Shown here piece after piece: positions 60,321-64,000 of a stretch of 64,000 nt of DNA. The notes below the pieces were generated by a model that was given only the letters and a program-made list of their open reading frames with translations, was not told the origin of the DNA and made no database searches. The first letter of the stretch is position 1. Each line of letters starts with the position of its first letter. Location: the NCBI GenBank assembly GCA_963714015.1, contig OY970223.1:1216001-1280000 (forward strand), given 5' to 3'. A program made the position numbers and the translations under genes. The stretch is from Vulcanimicrobiota bacterium (lineage in GTDB: Bacteria > Vulcanimicrobiota > Vulcanimicrobiia > Vulcanimicrobiales > Vulcanimicrobiaceae).

Positions 60321-61567
60321 GTGCGCAACCGTCCCCTGCCCTCGAGCGTCGCCGTTAGTCTGACGCTCGTCGCGCTTCTCGCAGGCTGTTCGCAGCTGCA
60401 AGGCTCGCGCGACTTGCCCCCTTCCGGCTCTATGCAATCGAACGCGACTCGCGCCCAGAACACTGCGGCGCTGCTCAAAGAACCGAAGTCACCATTCGAT
60501 CTGCTCGAATTGCAACTTGCCGGCAAGCTGCCGGCGCCGGTACCGCCGCAAACGCTGCGTTACAGTCTGCAGCAGTGGAAGCTCGACCGGCCGAAGCTGG
60601 CATTCCACGCGGGAGCCAAGGTCGGGCTTTGGGCGTCCGATACCAACTTCAATTATCTCTTGGGTCAGGACGCCACGGGACTGAATACGGTCACCGCCAT
60701 CGACGCGTCAGCTGAATCAGCTGCTTTGCGCCGATAGCGCTCAAGGTAGATCATCAACAGAACCTGTGGGTCGGCTGCGAACTCATTTCGCAAAGCGGCA
60801 ACAACGGCGTCGTACAGGAATACAGCAGCGCTGGCACTTTTGAAAAGCAGTTTCTGCCGGCTTGCCCCACCCCGGTGAAGCAGTGCGGATCCTTCAACGG
60901 CTACGGGTACGACAGCGGGGTCGACTCGCAAGGCGACGTGTTCGCTTCCCTCAACTTGTACAGCATTGAAATATGCAACCCCAGTTGCGTGAGCAGTCTA
61001 GGCGCCGGTTTCGAATGGTGGCCGAAAGGCAAACAGACCGCCGTGCCCAAGTTGATCTCCGCGGGCACGAGTTGCAGCCCGATCTGCGGCGTCGGTTTCA
61101 TGGACGTCGACACCAGCGGAAATCTCTGGTTCACTTTCAGCGGATACGATAAAAACAACAACTACGGATTCGGCCTGGGTAAGATCGTGAATCCGACGAC
61201 GAAGCCTTCTCTGAGGATAGTCGAACCTATCGGCACGTACGGGTTCTTCGGCGGCGTATACGTCAGCGGCGGCGGCAGCACCCTGAACGTGGTCGATCAG
61301 AAATCGCGCACGATCCTGCAGTACCACCTGCCGCTGCTTCAAAAAGGCGCGCCGTTCAACGTGCTCGGCCCGATTCCGCAAAACGCGTTCGGCGTAGGCG
61401 ATCCGATATCGGGCGGATTCAATAAGCTGGACGAAAAGATCGCTGTTGGGGATTCCGGCGGCTGGCTCGATCTTGGATCCGTTTCGACGAACAAATGGTC
61501 CGGCGTTGCCAGTCCGAATTTTTATAGCGGCATCGAAGGCGCGGCTTATACGCCATCGGATAAGTAA
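60321..61567 (+). CDS. Secreted Cys-rich lipoprotein, NHL/beta-propeller-like, frameshift near 60715
   Basis: LAGC lipobox, RBS AGGAG; PIALKVDHQQNLWV, VDSQGDVF, VDTSGNLWF blades; frame of ORF 60875 stays open back to about 60722. Confidence 0.7.
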
Positions 61568-61582
61568 CGCAGTCCGGCATCG

Positions 61583-63121
61583 TTATGCGGCGCGCGTGTC
61601 CAAGCGCTCCAGACTGCGATAGTGGATCGCCTCAGCGACGTGTTCTGCGGTAATAGCCTCGGCGCCGGCTAAGTCCCCAATCGTGCGCGCCGCGCGAGCG
61701 ATGCGATCCAGTGCCCGGGCCGAAAACTGTCGGCGTGATGCGGCCCGGGCGAGCAGGTCCATCGCTGCGCCGTCGAGGCCGCAGAACGTCCTAACGGCGT
61801 TGCCCGGTATTTCGGCGTTGCAGCTAATCCCCGTTCCGGCAAAGCGTTTGCGCTGCCGTTCTCGTGCGGCAACGACGCGTTCGCGAATCGCCGCCGAACG
61901 TTCGGCCGGCTGGGGCCGCACCATATCGTCGAAGGCGACCCGCGCCACTTCTATCTGCAAATCGATGCGATCGAGCAACGGTCCGGACAACTTGGAGACG
62001 TACTTCGCAACGGCGGCGTCGTCGCAGCGGCATTCGGCAAATCGAGCGCCGCGATAACCGCACGGACACGGGTTCATCGACGCGACGAGCATAAAACGCG
62101 CCGGATACGTGAACGTGCCGGCCGCGCGAGCGATCGTGACGACGCCTTCTTCGAGCGGCTGGCGCATGACCTCAATCGACGCACGCGTGAACTCGGGCAG
62201 CTCGTCCAAAAACAGCACGCCGTTGTGCGCCAGACTGATCTCTCCCGGCTTTACGGCAGAACCGCCGCCTACCAAAGCCACTTGGCTGATAGTATGATGC
62301 GGGAATCTGAACGGGCGCGCGCGGACGATGCCGGGCGCGGATCCGAGCAGTCCGGCGACGCTGTAAATCTTCGTGACCTCCAACGCTTCGTTTGCCGTCA
62401 TCGGCGGAAGTATCGAGGGCAGACGCCTGGCGAGCATCGTCTTGCCGCATCCCGGCGGTCCGACGAACAACACGTTGTGCCCCCCGGCCGCGGCTATCTC
62501 CAGCGCGCGCTTTGCGTCGCTCTGACCTCTTACGTCGGCAAAGTCACCGAAATAAAACTGTTCCGAGCTCGCGATATCCGGAGTTCGCGTTTCAATCCGC
62601 CACTGAGGGCCGTTTCCGAGGAGCACCGCCACGGCCGACTGCAGCGAATCTACGGCATACAGATCGATGCCTTCGACGAGCGCGGCTTCTTCGGCGTTGC
62701 CGGCGGGCACGATCAGTTTTGTGAAACCTGCGTTCCGGGCGCCGAGCACCATCGGCAAAATGCCGTTCAGCGGGCGAAGGCTGCCGTCGAGCGCGAGTTC
62801 GCCGAGCGCCGTGAAGCTTTGCAGCACCAGCCGATCGATTTGCTCGTCGATCGCCATCAATGCCAGGGCGATGGGAAGATCGAATCCCGGTCCTTCCTTG
62901 CGAACGTCGGCCGGTGAAAGGTTGATCAGCAGCCGTCCGGCCGGATATGCAAAGCCTGAATTGAATATGGCCGAGCGGACGCGGTCGCGCGACTCGTTCA
63001 GTGCGCGATCCGGTAAACCGATAATGCCCAGAGCCGGCGATCCGGGAGAACTGTCGGCTTCGACGCGAACGATATAGCCGTCGATGCCGAGCATTGCGGC
63101 TGAGAAAGCAAGTGAAAGCAC
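61583..63121 (-). CDS. comM: YifB/ComM Mg-chelatase-like AAA ATPase
   Basis: GLPD.A..ESRDRV, INLSPAD.RKEG, GPPGCGKTMLA, PGEISLAHNGVLFLDE, NPCPCG, SGPLLDRID. Confidence 0.93.
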   Translation of the reverse strand: MLSLAFSAAMLGIDGYIVRVEADSSPGSPALGIIGLPDRALNESRDRVRSAIFNSGFAYPAGRLLINLSPADVRKEGPGFDLPIALALMAIDEQIDRLVLQSFTALGELALDGSLRPLNGILPMVLGARNAGFTKLIVPAGNAEEAALVEGIDLYAVDSLQSAVAVLLGNGPQWRIETRTPDIASSEQFYFGDFADVRGQSDAKRALEIAAAGGHNVLFVGPPGCGKTMLARRLPSILPPMTANEALEVTKIYSVAGLLGSAPGIVRARPFRFPHHTISQVALVGGGSAVKPGEISLAHNGVLFLDELPEFTRASIEVMRQPLEEGVVTIARAAGTFTYPARFMLVASMNPCPCGYRGARFAECRCDDAAVAKYVSKLSGPLLDRIDLQIEVARVAFDDMVRPQPAERSAAIRERVVAARERQRKRFAGTGISCNAEIPGNAVRTFCGLDGAAMDLLARAASRRQFSARALDRIARAARTIGDLAGAEAITAEHVAEAIHYRSLERLDTRAA

Positions 63122-63308
63122 GTCACTCTTTACCGACAGGCGAGGACGCGAACAAGACAAAACCGCCACCGGGGCTCGCTCGGCTTGCTTGCCGCGGACA
63201 CTCGCTCGGCCGGTTGGGAGACAGGTTCTCCACATCCCTCACAGGACGCAGGGGCCACCTGTGGATAGCTTAAAGCCCCGTGCGAACGCTTCCTAAGGAG
63301 CAACAACG

Positions 63309-64000
63309 TTGAAGAATTTCCGCTTGCCGGCCGCACTGGCGGCCGCCGGTCTGCTGCTGGCCTCATGTTCGGGCAACTCGTCGGGCTCGAGCTCTTCAAG
63401 CCCGGGATCAAACGGAACCGCGCCGGCCGGCCCCGGCAGTAAAACCATTGGGGTCTCGATACAGGACACTGAGGCGCAGTTCTACCAGCAGATGCAAGCC
63501 GGGATGCAGGCGGAAGCTAAGAAGTTTGGTTACCGGTTGATCGTCGTGGACGCAAATCGCGACAACGCACGTCAGCAGTCACAAGTCGAAGACTTTATCT
63601 CCCGGCACGTCGACGCGATTTTGCTGACGCCCTTCGATTCACAAGCAATCGGCAGCGCTATAGCCGAAGCTGAATGGTGCGAAAATCCCGGTGTTCACCG
63701 CGGATATTGCAAGCACCAGTAAGCAGGGCCACGTGATCTCGCATGTTGCTTCGAACAACGTGCAGGGCGGCGAACAGGCCGGAATGCTGATGTGCAAGGC
63801 GATCGGAAATAGCGGCAGCGTAGCAATTCTCGACGAGCCGGAAGTGACCAGCGTGCAGGATCGCGTCAAGGGCTTCAAGATGGCGCTCGCGCAGCATTGC
63901 CCGAACGTTAAGGTCGTGGCCGATACTGATTCGGGTGGTACGCGCACGAAGGCAAGCAACGACATGAGCGACATTCTTCAGGCGCATCGCGATCTCAAAG
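63309..64000 (+). CDS. Sugar ABC substrate-binding lipoprotein (RbsB-like), partial, +1 frameshift near 63672
   Basis: LASC lipobox, QVEDFI...VDAI, then KIPVFTAD, HVASNNVQGG, DRVKGF in next frame. Confidence 0.88.

Noticed and set aside
123..63987. Many long alternative-frame and antisense ORFs in the track (e.g. 1488..2780 -, 6609..7847 -, 16400..17650 -, 21866..22810 +)
   Set aside because: They shadow well-supported genes and are Arg/Ala-rich with no motifs, as expected at high GC

Overview
High-GC bacterial chromosomal window, gene-dense, with no rRNA, tRNA, CRISPR or transposase that I can see. The style (leaderless genes, DUF4097/DUF1800/ADOP genes, many secreted lipoproteins) suggests a soil lineage such as Ca. 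Eremiobacterota; this is inference only. Housekeeping content: purEK, pyrK-pyrD-pyrF-pyrE, aroH-tyrA, argS, rlmH, nrdR-dut, chdC/hemQ, a split leucine-catabolism (liu-like) cluster, dprA and yifB/comM. Accessory content: a two-component/RND/TolC module, an MmyB-MFS pair, an ECF sigma module and a PadR-ADOP permease pair. About ten genes are split by apparent single-base insertions, probably sequencing errors. Best non-annotated signals: (1) a 123-bp-period REP-like tandem repeat sitting in a duplicated ATGA stop/start overlap, forming an ORF translationally coupled to both HMG-CoA lyase and a WYL regulator; (2) a complete Tyr-rich leader-peptide attenuator before aroH-tyrA; (3) back-to-back SigW-type promoters positioned for leaderless transcripts; (4) small proteins missing from the ORF track; (5) an HTH-helical-repeat protein beside a secreted lipoprotein.
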